This document shows, piece after piece, positions 50,801-62,200 of a DNA stretch of 64,000 bases; within the stretch, counting starts at the first letter, position 1, and each line of letters starts with the position of its first letter. The notes under the pieces are model-generated. The model saw only the letters and a program-made list of their open reading frames with translations. It ran no database searches and had not been told where the DNA came from. This DNA comes from Geosiphon pyriformis uo1 (taxonomy: Eukaryota > Fungi > Glomeromycota). The translations under genes and the position numbers were made by a program. The stretch covers positions 331,820 through 395,819 of the forward strand of contig JAAOMT010000109.1 in assembly GCA_016748015.1 (NCBI GenBank), given 5' to 3'.

Positions 50801-53800
50801 TCAAATGCCAAGATTGTGGCAAGAAACTTTCTTTTATAGGAGCTTGGATTACACTTAACAAAGATTACTGGATGCAAACACACTATTACTGCAAGCCATG
50901 CCACTGAAAATGATATGGCTATCCAAAACAACAAGACAAGTGAAACAACGAACCATGTCTCACTTGTGGAGAACAATTACTCAATGAAAGAATATGGAAC
51001 AACATTTCTGGACAAGGAGAAATGTGTAATGCTTTATGCCAATACACAATCCTTATCAGTGACTGGGTAAGTCATGGAATGCTTATTACTGCCACCTGGC
51101 ACTGAGCAATTTTTTGTTTAAATGGTTATCCACACAACAAAGACGAGATCTGACAGATAGCAAATGCCAAAGTAGAAGGTGTTATGTCCAGCAAAATATT
51201 GAACATCAAGAACAACCCTCCAGAACCAGTCAACATTGTTCTGATTCCCAATCCAGATGCTTTTCTGGATCTGGAAGCAGGTCCAGAAGAATTTCATGAG
51301 CATTACCAGAATTTGGCACTAACAAGAAAAAAGCAAGAACAGCACTTAGGAGAAATAAATATCTGATTATGTGACTACTGTTTAATTCCATGTGACTTTT
51401 AGTATTGTAATAAGTGTGACCTTATCTACAATCCACCACCATGTATGATCTACATAATTCCAGAAGAAGATGAACCAATTAACAACTGCACATTGGAATT
51501 GGAATCAATTTTCAATCCCAATTCAAACTCTGACAACAACAATGACAAAAACAATGGTTTCAGCTCTGCTCAATATGACAAAAAAAATAATGGGAATTCA
51601 GACTCTGATTCAAACCCCAAAACATACATCACACTTTCTGATCTTTCCAAGGAATAAGAACTCAAATGATATAGCAACAACAATGAAGGTATCATGTCAA
51701 AATATGCACATAATACAGATGCAGGGTTTGATTTAAGATATTCAGGGAAAAAAGCCATTAAATTGGAACCATATTCGTGCACATGCATTGATTTCAAAGT
51801 AGCATTGAAAATTCTAGCAACAATAATGGTTCAACTAGCATCTAGAAATAGTTTAGCAAAAAAGGGAATCAACATCAGAGGAGGAATAATTGACACAGAA
51901 TATGTGGGAAATATCATTGCAATCCTACAAAATGATTCAGAAAGGACCTATATTATAAAACCAAATAAAAAGATAGCACAGACAATATTCCTGTCTTTGA
52001 TGAAAGTAGCTCAATTAGTATCAGTGGGAAACAAAGAAGAATTAGGGATTACAGTAAAAGAAATACAGAGATTTGGGTCTACAGATAGAATAAATATGCC
52101 AGTCAATATGGCAGAAAAAAAAGTTATTGACAAGAAAAAAATTATCTCCACCCATTAACCAATCTCTATTCTACCATACAATAATTACATGGTCAGAATA
52201 GAAAGAAAAGTAAAAGATCAGGTTCAGATTTTTGAAACAGAAACAAAACTTTGTGAATCAGGAAAAATTGGATTAGTCAATTTACACATACCAGTCAAGA
52301 ACCACAGTTACATTAAAATTCCCATTTACAACAACATGGGAGAACTCATTAAGATATTAGAAGAAACTATCATTGAACATTTAACTACTGAAATTGAGAA
52401 TCAACTATTAAACACTATTTCAGACTTTTCACAACTGTGTGGATATGTAGATATTACATCTCAAATCATATATGAACGAGAAAAATGTTATCTGCTTCAA
52501 CCAGAACAATTGAAACAGATGAACTTGGGAAATCTAGATCCATTACAATATATGCAACTCAAGATATTACTTAACAATTTCAATGACATCTTTGCAAGTG
52601 AAAATGAATTTGGCAGAACTGACATCATCCAATACCAAATCAAAACTGGAGATGCAATACCAATTAAACAGAAAGCATACAAAGTACCACCAGCTAGCCA
52701 TAAAATCATTCATCAAAAAATCAATCGGATGCTTAACAATGGGCTAATTCAGCCATTAATGAGTCCATAGTTATCACTAGTGGTACTAGTCTGGAAGAAG
52801 AATAGAAAAATTTGCTTTTGTGTAGATTACTGAAAACTAAATAGAGTAACAAAAAAAGATAGCTATCTAATTCCAAAGATCCAAGAGCTTTTCAATGCTT
52901 TTGGAAGAAAAAAATGGTTCTTAACTTTGAATTTAGACAGCAATTACTGGCAAGTAGCCATGAAACTGGAAGACAAAAAGAAAACAGCTTTTACAACTCA
53001 GGAAAGAAACTTTGAATTTAAAGTAATGCCATTTGGCTTGATAAATGCTCCAGCCATTTTCCAGTGACTTATGAAAATTGTTTATACTAGACTACTATGA
53101 AAATCAGTAGTCATATACCTAGATAACACCAATGTGTTCTCAAAAACATTCAATAATCATTTGTATCATCTCCAACAAGTGTTTGAAAGACTAAAAAAAG
53201 CCGGATTAAAGCTAAATGCAACCAAATGTTTCTTTGGAAAGACTAAACTCAAGTTTTTGGGACATGTGGTAAGCAAAGACAGAATCAAAACAGATTCAAA
53301 CAAGATTGAGATTGTCAAGAACTTTTTAGTACCAAATAATCTCACAGAACTAAGAGCATTTTTGGAATTTGCTGAATACTACTGCTGCTTTATTAAAAAC
53401 TTTTCCAAAATAGCTCAACCACTACACCAACTCCAAACAAAGAACACCAAATATGCATGAACCAAAATTCAGCAAGAAGCTTTTGATACATTAAGAAGAA
53501 AGCTTATTCAAGCTCTAGTACTAATCTATTCAGACTATAGCAAGCCATTCATAATTACAACTGATGCATCTGGCCAAGCATTGGGAACAGTATTATTTTA
53601 GAAAAAACCAGACAGACGAGAACATTCAGTAGTGTATGTCAGTAGAAGCTTAAGTCCAGCTAAAAAAAATATGGAACTCCAGCACTGGAACATTTAGCTA
53701 TCTATTGGGCTGTTATCAAGTGGAAAAAATACTTGAATCAAAAGTTTGATGTATATACTAATTACAAAGAATTGACTTCAATCCAGAAGCAAAAAATTTG

Positions 53801-53919
53801 GAGATGATTGTCATGCCAGATGGAAAATAGAACTTTCACTATTCAATTATACAATACATTATAAAAAGGGAAAAAACAATGGAAATGCTGACAGTTTGTC
53901 ACAAATAAGATAAATCTAA
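47878..53919 (+). pseudogene. Gypsy-2 Gag-PR-Cys-rich-dUTPase-RT-RNase H polyprotein, nonsense-disrupted
   Basis: Fragments starting at 47878, 48850, 49990, 50707, 51184, 51445, 51694, 52189 and 53134 are all in frame +1. Motifs: CHNCGKQGHIRANC, LIFDSGSAGS, DAGFDL, YLD(D>N), TTDASG, NADSLS. Confidence 0.92.
51694..52086 (+). pseudogene. dUTPase domain of Gypsy-2
   Basis: All five trimeric dUTPase motifs appear in order: DAGFDL, ASRNSLAKKGI, GGIIDTEYVG, KIAQ, IQRFGST. Confidence 0.92.
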
Positions 53920-53958
53920 AAAAAAAAAAACCATTTCAACCCAAAAATATAACAAAAC

Positions 53959-55332
53959 ATGAATATACAAAAATACTAACAACTTCAGCATTATATAAAT
54001 ACTCAATTGTTCAAGGAGAAATTATCTTAAAAGAAACAAAACAACATAAAACAGCAATCAAAATATTTTATCAACCATCAAAATATATTTTACTAGAAGA
54101 ACAAAGAAAATTCTGATCAACCAACCAGAGTAATTACAGAACCAAAAAAAAAGACAATATTATTCAACATGCATTCAGATTTAACAGCAAGACATTTTCA
54201 TAAAGAAGTAACTATGGAAAGAATCAAAAAGAGATACTATTGGCCATCAATGTATTCAGACATCATCTAATATGTTTAAAATTGTGATGCTTGTCAGAGA
54301 AGAGATGGAACAAAACTTAGTGAACCATTAAGACCAATCAAAGTAGGATAACCATTCGATTACATTAGAATTGACTTAGTCGAACCATTAACAATTACCA
54401 ATAGAGGCAACAGATATATTGCAGTAGCTATGGACTATCTGATCAAATAGCCAGAAGCAAAAGCCATTTAAAAAGCAGATACAGAATCTGTTGCCAAATT
54501 CATTTATCAAAATTTGATTTGTCAACATGGATGTCCAAAAGAACTATTATCAGATTAAGGAACACACTTGTGAATAAAACATTGACAGAATTAAGTCAAA
54601 GATTTGGGATAAAAAGACCATTATTATTATCATACCATCCATAAACAAATGGGCTAGTTAAAAGGTTTAACAGAACATTGTGTAAAGCCATTGTCAAAAT
54701 CAGTCAAAAAAACCAAAACAAATGGAATTTGTTTATACTATCAGTATTATTTGCTTATCAGACAATAAAACAAGACTATACAAGCAACACCATTTGAATT
54801 AGTATATGGTAGAACAGCAACATTATCAGTTGAAATAGAAGTCAACACTTATTCAACAAAATCAATAATAAAAGACAATTTTTAAAAAAAGTTGCTAAGA
54901 AGAGTATATAAATTAATGGGAACACTAGAAAACAAATGGCAAAAAGCAGCTGATAACATTCAAAAGTCACAAAAAAAACAAAAAGAAAGACACAATAACC
55001 AACTATCAGATAAACTAGTTGGATTCAAGATTGGAAACAAAGTACTTTTACATTATACTAAAGTAGAAAAACAATGGAGTAGAAAATTTGACCCCAAATA
55101 AGATAGACCATTTTACATAGAAAAAATTCTTGGAAATGAAGCTTACAAATTAAGGTTGAACAACAAAATTTTAACCAAAACAGTACATGGTAATTGACTG
55201 AAACCATATTACCATATAGTGTTACCAACCACCAGTAATATTCCACAATTAGGAGTACAGAGAATACTAGTCCAACCAGATAAAATTCTATGAGATCTGG
55301 AACCAATCATAATCATTGGACCAAACACGTAA
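53959..55332 (+). pseudogene. Gypsy-2 integrase, apparently a separate ORF with its own ATG
   Basis: Starts MNIQKY. Contains HHCC (MHSDLTARHF...CDACQR), DDE core (IDLV, LLSD, NGLV[E>K]RFNRTL) and a C-terminal FKIGNKVLL...PFYI module; ends EPIIIIGPNT*. No chromodomain is recognisable. Confidence 0.88.
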
Positions 55333-55372
55333 AATTGAATAATAAAAAGAGAATATAAAAAACATAATAGAC

Positions 55373-56032
55373 ATGACAGAAGACTTCAGAAAAATGGAAA
55401 TCACTGACAACATCCACTCACTGGCACAACAAATCTTCCAATTAATTTAACAACAGAATATAGAAATTATTATTAATCAACAAACTATTAGATACCAAAA
55501 TACTAGAAAAATACTGAAATACAAAAATCAAAAAAAAACAGAAAACACTATTGACAAAATGGTTCTAAAAATAAAATTAGCAATAGAAGAACCAACAATT
55601 GTCACCACATATCAAGAGTTGACCAAAGAAATTTGGAAATGGTAGATACATGAATTTCCAAGAAACTTTTGTTATTTCCACTTGGAACAACACTTGAGTA
55701 TTTAGAACTTATACAGAAATAAAACAAAACGATTATTTAACACAACAATATTGCAACAACTGGAACAATTTGTGGGCAAAAACAATTTAACAATACAAGC
55801 AAGAGCCATCTATTGATTGCATGCTAGATTCTAAGACAGACTGGAAATTTTATTCAATCCGAAAATGGATTTCATTACAGTTAACCAAATGGGAAAAATA
55901 ACCAACACCCAATTTGAAGAATTACAGAACAAAATAACTCAAGTAATTCTCGAAAAAAAAGTTCAAGAAATACTCAAAAACAGAAAATTAGAGTTAAGAG
56001 ATTTGGAAGATCTTGACAAAGCTCAATATTAA
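55373..56032 (+). pseudogene. Gypsy-2 ORF3, unknown 219-aa protein between integrase and PPT
   Basis: ATG 55373 to TAA 56030-56032 is 220 codons with no frameshift. Five internal stops are each one transition away from CAA/CAG/CGA/TGG. Confidence 0.7.
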
Positions 56033-56046
56033 AAAAAAAGGAATAA
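56033..56046 (+). other. Polypurine tract of Gypsy-2
   Basis: AAAAAAAGGAATAA directly precedes the 3' LTR. Confidence 0.8.
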
Positions 56047-56926
56047 TATTACTCATAGAATATAGGAAATATATATTAGCATAAATTAGCCAATCAGAAA
56101 TAACTGTAGTAAATGTGGAATTTCAGAATTTTTCTCAAGAGGAATTGCAGGATTCCAAGAATTTCAGAATTTTCATATAAAAAATTGCAGGATTCCAGAA
56201 TTCCAGGATTTCTCTTAAGAAAAATTGCAGAATTCCAGAAATTCCAAGATTTTTGGTATCAAGAAGTGAGAAATCAAAAAATCTCAATTATGTATATATA
56301 GCAGTAGTATTAGAAGAAAAAAAAAGGGCAGAATTTTTTAATTAGAGACTTCTCAGTTTAGATTTAATCTAAGCAATCTTTTAAATTACAAATATTAATA
56401 AATAATTATTCATTATCTCTAATTTTACTCTTTCTATCAACATTTTATGTTGATAACAAGTAATACTTAATCACACTAAAACAATAGCTCTTGATCACGG
56501 CTATTGATGAAATACTAACTTGCAAATTGTCTTGGCTTATTTTCTTTATTTTTTTTGTTTTTTTTTCTTTTTTTCATTTCTGTGATTTTATTATTGTGTA
56601 CTAATTAATTGAAAGAAAATAATGTACAGAGTACTGACATCAAAGTGACTGGTAAAAAACCCCGAAATAAGAGTAGAACACTTAATTGAGAATAGCTTAC
56701 CAGAAAGATTACTGGTTATTACATTGAGAAAAAAATTGATGAAACTGCGGTTTCTAGAAGCTACGGATAATACTATCAGTTAAATCTCTGTTTATTATAC
56801 AAAAAACTCTACAACAACACCTTCAGATCAATATCATTTTCAGAAACCACCACCATAATTCAATTAATTAAGCACCAAGTTACAGGTTGTTATTTGATTT
56901 GAAACCCCAAATAATTATTTGTAATA
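56047..56926 (+). repeat. 3' LTR of Gypsy-2
   Basis: 880-bp direct repeat of 46992-47815 with a longer internal array. Termini are mutated to TA...TA. Confidence 0.95.
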
Positions 56927-56930
56927 TTAT

Positions 56931-57229
56931 ACAAAATAGAAAATAAAATCATTATTATTTAATTATATTATATATTATAAAAAAGAAAAAAAAATAGAAA
57001 AGTTGATAATTTGTTATAAATAAAACAAATCTAAAAACATTTCAATTCAAAAATATAACAAAAATAAACACACAAAAATATCAAAAATTTCAACATTATA
57101 TTAATACTCAATAGATTTAAAATTGTAATGTTTATCAGAAAAAAAAAAGAACAAAACCTAAAAAATCATTAAGACCAATTAAAGTAAAACAACTGTTTAA
57201 TTAAATTAAAATTAACTTAGTCAGATTAT
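56931..57229 (+). mobile_element. Gypsy-3 continuation (end of RNase H, internally deleted integrase start)
   Basis: Aligns with 53815-54010 and 54275-54390 of Gypsy-2 (LRPIKV...INLV). Confidence 0.8.
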
Positions 57230-57320
57230 TGTTATTCATAAAAAAAAGCACAAGAGAAATAGTAAGAAAATAGACCAATAGGAAAAGAGTATTGAGTATA
57301 TAAACACATTGCTGGTAAAT

Positions 57321-57468
57321 TATAGTACATTGCTCAGCAATGTGAACAATGTCAATAAATTATAACATATTGCTTAGCAATATAAACAATATTAGTAAAT
57401 TAGAACACATTACTTAGCAATATAAGTATTGTTTAAGAAACTATAGCACATTGCTCATGAATGTATAA
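57321..57468. repeat. ~40-bp tandem repeat (3.7 copies) with palindromic core, in the Gypsy-5 LTR
   Basis: Units start at 57321, 57361, 57401 and 57442. The core ACATTGCT-C-AGCAATGT (57327-57343) is a perfect palindrome around one base. Confidence 0.85.
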
Positions 57469-59059
57469 GATCTCATAGAATATCAATTATATATATATAG
57501 TAAAAGTATTAGAAGCAAAAAAGACAAAATTTTCAAAAAGCTAGAATTTATAGCAAAAACACTCAGTTAAAAGCAGTTCAAATTCATATTACATATTAAT
57601 AAATTATTTATTACTACTTAAATCTATATTATCATTGCTTAATTAAAGAATATCAAATTATCTCTGTTCTATTAATACTCTATGTTGATAAAAGTCAATA
57701 CTTAATTACACTAGAACAATATCTCTTAATTATGGCTATTAACAAGATACTAATTCTTATTTTCTTTTCTTATTTTCTTATTTTTCTTTTATTTCTTTTA
57801 TTTTTTTGTTGTTTGTTGATTTATTAACTAATTAAAAAAATTAAGCACTAAGTAATTGATATCAAAAATAGTCTAATAAAAGACTTCAAAGGAAAGGTAT
57901 AAAGTTAAAAAAATTTACTGATAGCTTATTAGAAAAGTATAACTGCCAGAATAAACTGGCCATTATGCTGAAGAAAAAAATTTAATGGAATTGCAATTTC
58001 AGAAAGCTACTAACACAATCATTAAATTTTTGCCTATTATACAAAGAACTCAACCAAAACTTTCAGACAACCAAAACCTTAAAAATTACCAACTATATTA
58101 ATTATTGAACACCAGTTATGAGTTTGTTATTTATTCTAACCACCCAAATAATTACCTGTAATATTTGGTGCTCTCTGTGAGGTATAATCCAGCAAAAAAC
58201 CAGCACTAACAGCAATTATCTAAAACAGTAGCAGAATCAGAAGAAATAAGGACAAACCACTTGAAATTCATAAAATTTTTATTTCAACATTACCAAAATC
58301 ATCTGAGATTGACAAATAATAGTTGGCCAACAGAATCAGTTTTCAATTGTTATGTTAACAAACAAATTGTATACTACTTAGAAAGTCAAAGAGATTTAGA
58401 ATTTGCTTTTAACAATTTTTTTAATGAATTACTTCAATATATTACACTTCCACAAAATTATCTATTTATACCATAAATTACAAAAATAAACAAAAAAATT
58501 GAAAAAATACACCAAATAAAAATTCTTTATCATCTTTGCAGACAAAAAAAAGGAAGATTGTAAACACCAGCAGGAACACTAAGACAGATAAAACCACCTA
58601 CTTGAAAGAAACTAAGAGTCAATTTACTGATACATTTATCATACTATTACATATTCAGAAGTACCATCAATATAACATTAGCAGGCATGTCTATATTTAA
58701 TGCAAAAACATTATTAGTTAGAATTTTGTTCCAAAGTAAACAGAAAAAAGCTAAACTATTGAAAACCTATAGTAATTATTTTGAAAGATTTAATTTATGA
58801 TTAACAATACTATTAGAACTTTGATTACCACTACTACTATTAGATTTTAGAGCTACCAGTTCTTAGAAAATAACTGACTTTAAGGAAAAGGAAGATAGCA
58901 ATTAAAAAATTAATATTCAAAATCTGATCACAGAAAACCTAGAAATTCAAACGCCAATTGTTCAAACTCAGTAAAATCTGAACAATTCAAACTCTGCTTC
59001 TATTGTTCTCCAAAATCTACCTCTAGTAATTATAATAAATCTACTAGTTGTTCTAATTA

Positions 59060-59222
59060 CCAAACAACAACAACAACAGCTGTAACTATTATTCCAACAA
59101 CAACTTTAACAACAACTACAACCACAATAGCAACAACTTTAACAACAATTACAAACATAATAGCAACAACTTTAACAGTAATTACAATTACTACAATAAC
59201 AACTTTAATAACAACAATTATA
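59060..59222 (+). repeat. CAA-rich 33-bp repeat (poly-Q/P linker of Gag)
   Basis: About four units like CAACAACTTTAACAACAACTACAACCACAATAG, in frame with gag. Confidence 0.75.
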
Positions 59223-62200
59223 ACTGGTATTAATAATCTATGTACCAATTACAAAACTTAAAAAATTTATTGATAAAAAAAATAGTATGCAAATCTGGCT
59301 TAATAATGTGAAAAAAGCCATTACAGCCAATAGATAAAATAATGTCAAAGCATTATAGACAATGTTATACTTTTTTCAGGATACTGCCAACTCATGGTAT
59401 CAAAGCTTAATTCAGAAACCCCAAGACTTTAACATGTTTTAACTAGAATTTCTAAGATATTTAGTAATAATAATAGCATCAATCACTTAGCAAATACTTT
59501 CACAATTATTAAACAAAGAAATACTAAAGCCATCACCACTTATCTAAGATGCTTCCATAAAAATTTGCACCAAATACAAGCAATTGACATGAATTACTTT
59601 ACAGTACTACAGATTTTGAACCAATTTATCTATGGACTATGCAGTAGTATTCTCCAATGTGTATGTTCAATGTATTTACAAACTCTCTAAGACACAATTA
59701 TCCATGCCCAAGATTTCAAATCAGCTGAACTAAAAATTAATTATACCCAAGCCATTAATCTAGTAATGAACAGATTATCTGAATTGGACTCCAAGTTAAA
59801 ACAATTTAGTAATTCTATTAATCAAAAATTAAAAAAATATTTAGCTAACAATCAAGCAATTTATAAACTATCATAATGTTACAATAATCCAGGAAACACA
59901 AATAGTCCCCAAAATCAACCATGTTTATTATCATCAATCAATTAATAGTGGTGACAAGAGATGCATAGTTGCCATTATTGTGGTAAACAAAAACATTTAC
60001 AATTCAAATATTGCAAATAGTTAAGTAATTAATGATCAGAAAATCAGTATTAAAACTTTGATCACCAGTTTTAAACTTCAAATTATCATCCAAATCAAGA
60101 ATCTTATTAACCAAATTACTTAATAATAATACAACAACAGGTATATATACCACCAATGAATTAAATTCTAATACCAGATATCTATCAACTCTAGCAGTCA
60201 TCAATAATTTATCAGCCAGCCACAATTTAAATATTGTTACAAAACTTAGATTAAATATCTGAAAATCCAAGACTAAAAATTACTTACACTCAACAAAACT
60301 GGCAATCGGTAATAATAATATATTAACTAATCCCCAGCTTATTGCAACAGTTATCAGAAGCACACCAACAAAGTTTGGGAACAGAGTACTCTCAAAACCC
60401 AAGTTCTCAGAACTATTTAAGTCTTTTGATTACCCAAAAGATGCTTTATCCAACAACCTAAAATCCAATCCAAAGTAATCAATCAACCACAATATACTTT
60501 TAGTAATCATCACTAATAACAAATTATTAACTATTATCTTTTCATTCAAAATTGAAAAACTTACAACAACATCTTTTTTTAATAAAGTTGCTCTTAATAC
60601 CAAACTTATTATAATGATATATACTGATGCCAAAGTTAATAGTCAGTCTATTAAACTGATTCTAGACAATGAATTAGCCAGCAGCATTATTAAATAACAA
60701 TTTATAGACCAATTAGGTCACCAAGTTGATTGTATTGTCAGCATCAAAATTATTATAGCTAATAAAGTGACCAAAACTTTTATTGGTAAAATTGATAACT
60801 TTTTTTTTAAAGTTAATAGCATTACCACTTTTATCAAAGTATTAGTCATAAAAACTACTCAATACCAAGCTCTTGTTGATAATGACTGGCTGTATAAAAC
60901 CAATACAGTACTTGACTGGAACACTCAGGAATTACAACTGAGCTAAATGGCCAAAATATTTAAGTACCAGCCACTTATATTTATTTTAAGACCACTACTA
61001 ACAAGCAATCACTAATTGAGTTAGAAAAAAAAAAAACCTACCTGTAAAGCCTATCAAGTTTCATGAACTGAAGAAAAACATAACAAATTACTATTCATAT
61101 CTTACTGAGAAGAAAAAGGAAAAAGAAAAAAAAGAGAAGAAAAATTCACTTTAACTACTATCTTTATTTATATTCCATATACTACTTTTTATACCAATTC
61201 ACAGTATTGTTGATCAAAGTTAATTTGTGTTGATTGTGACAAGAAATTGTCATTAATGGATGTATGCTGTAACAATGATAAGAAATGACTCATGACAACA
61301 AAATATTACTATTGTTCATACATTTTTGAACATTTTAAATAACCAAAGTGACAAAGAAAATAAAACAATAAGTCTTGTCTTATATGTAAAACAATTCTTC
61401 TTAACAAATGAATATGAAACAACATTCTTGAGTAAGGCAAAATGTGCAATAAAAAATGTTAGTAAATGATTTTAATCAATAATTGAATATGAAAAAGGAC
61501 TCCAATTGATAATGTCTAGAAACAAGCACTAAAAAACTTAAAGAGATATTTACATAACAAACACAAAATCTAGAAAATAGCAAGTACTAAACTTGAAAAT
61601 ATTTCCTTAATGAGCTGCTAGAAATTAAGAATAATCTATTCACACTATCCAAACCAGAATACATTCTCACTTTTGACATCTTTGATAATATTAAAAACAA
61701 TCCAGAGCAATTTTATGAACACTATTAAGACTTAGCACTTATACAAAAAAAGCAAAAACATTATTTAAAAGAGCTAAACACTTGACTATGTGACCATTGT
61801 TTAATTCTATGTGACTTCAAGTATTGTGATGATTGTAATCTTATCTACAATTTACCACCACAAATGATCTATTCAATCTTTGAAGAAGAAGAACCAATTA
61901 AAAAGTGTGCTTCAGAATTAAACTTAAACTTCAATTACAATTTAAACTTTGATAATAATAGTAACAACAACAATAACTTTAACTTTGTCCAAACTAACAA
62001 CTCAACTAAATATAATTTAAACTCTAATAAAAACTCAGAACAATATATTGCACTTTCAGATCTTACAAAAAAGCAAAAACTGAAATGGTTTAGCAATAAT
62101 GATAAAAATATTATGTTAAAATAAGAACATAATATTAATATAGGATTTAATCTAAGATATCCAAAAAAATATGTTATAACATTGGAGTCTAATATGTGCA

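Larger units (their letters stand above)
46992..56926 (+). mobile_element. Structurally complete Ty3/Gypsy element (Gypsy-2, 9.9 kb) nested in the RNase H of Gypsy-3
   Basis: LTRs at 46992-47815 (TGTTAC...GTAACA) and 56047-56926; TSD CCAT (46988-46991) / TTAT (56927-56930). PBS and PPT are present, with the full domain set including integrase. The host RNase H sequence resumes after the insertion. Confidence 0.95.

Noticed and set aside
47878-53919. Alternative genetic code (TAA/TAG=Gln, TGA=Trp) explaining the in-frame stops
   Set aside because: Stops fall at different positions in sister copies and come with missense transitions at catalytic residues, and the host gene uses standard codons. 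Mutation explains them.
55373-56032. ORF3 as a retroviral envelope gene
   Set aside because: No signal peptide, transmembrane segment or furin/fusion-peptide pattern.
57321-57468. Regularly spaced palindromic repeats resembling a CRISPR array
   Set aside because: The inter-palindrome segments are themselves similar, the array lies inside an LTR in eukaryotic context, and there are no cas genes.
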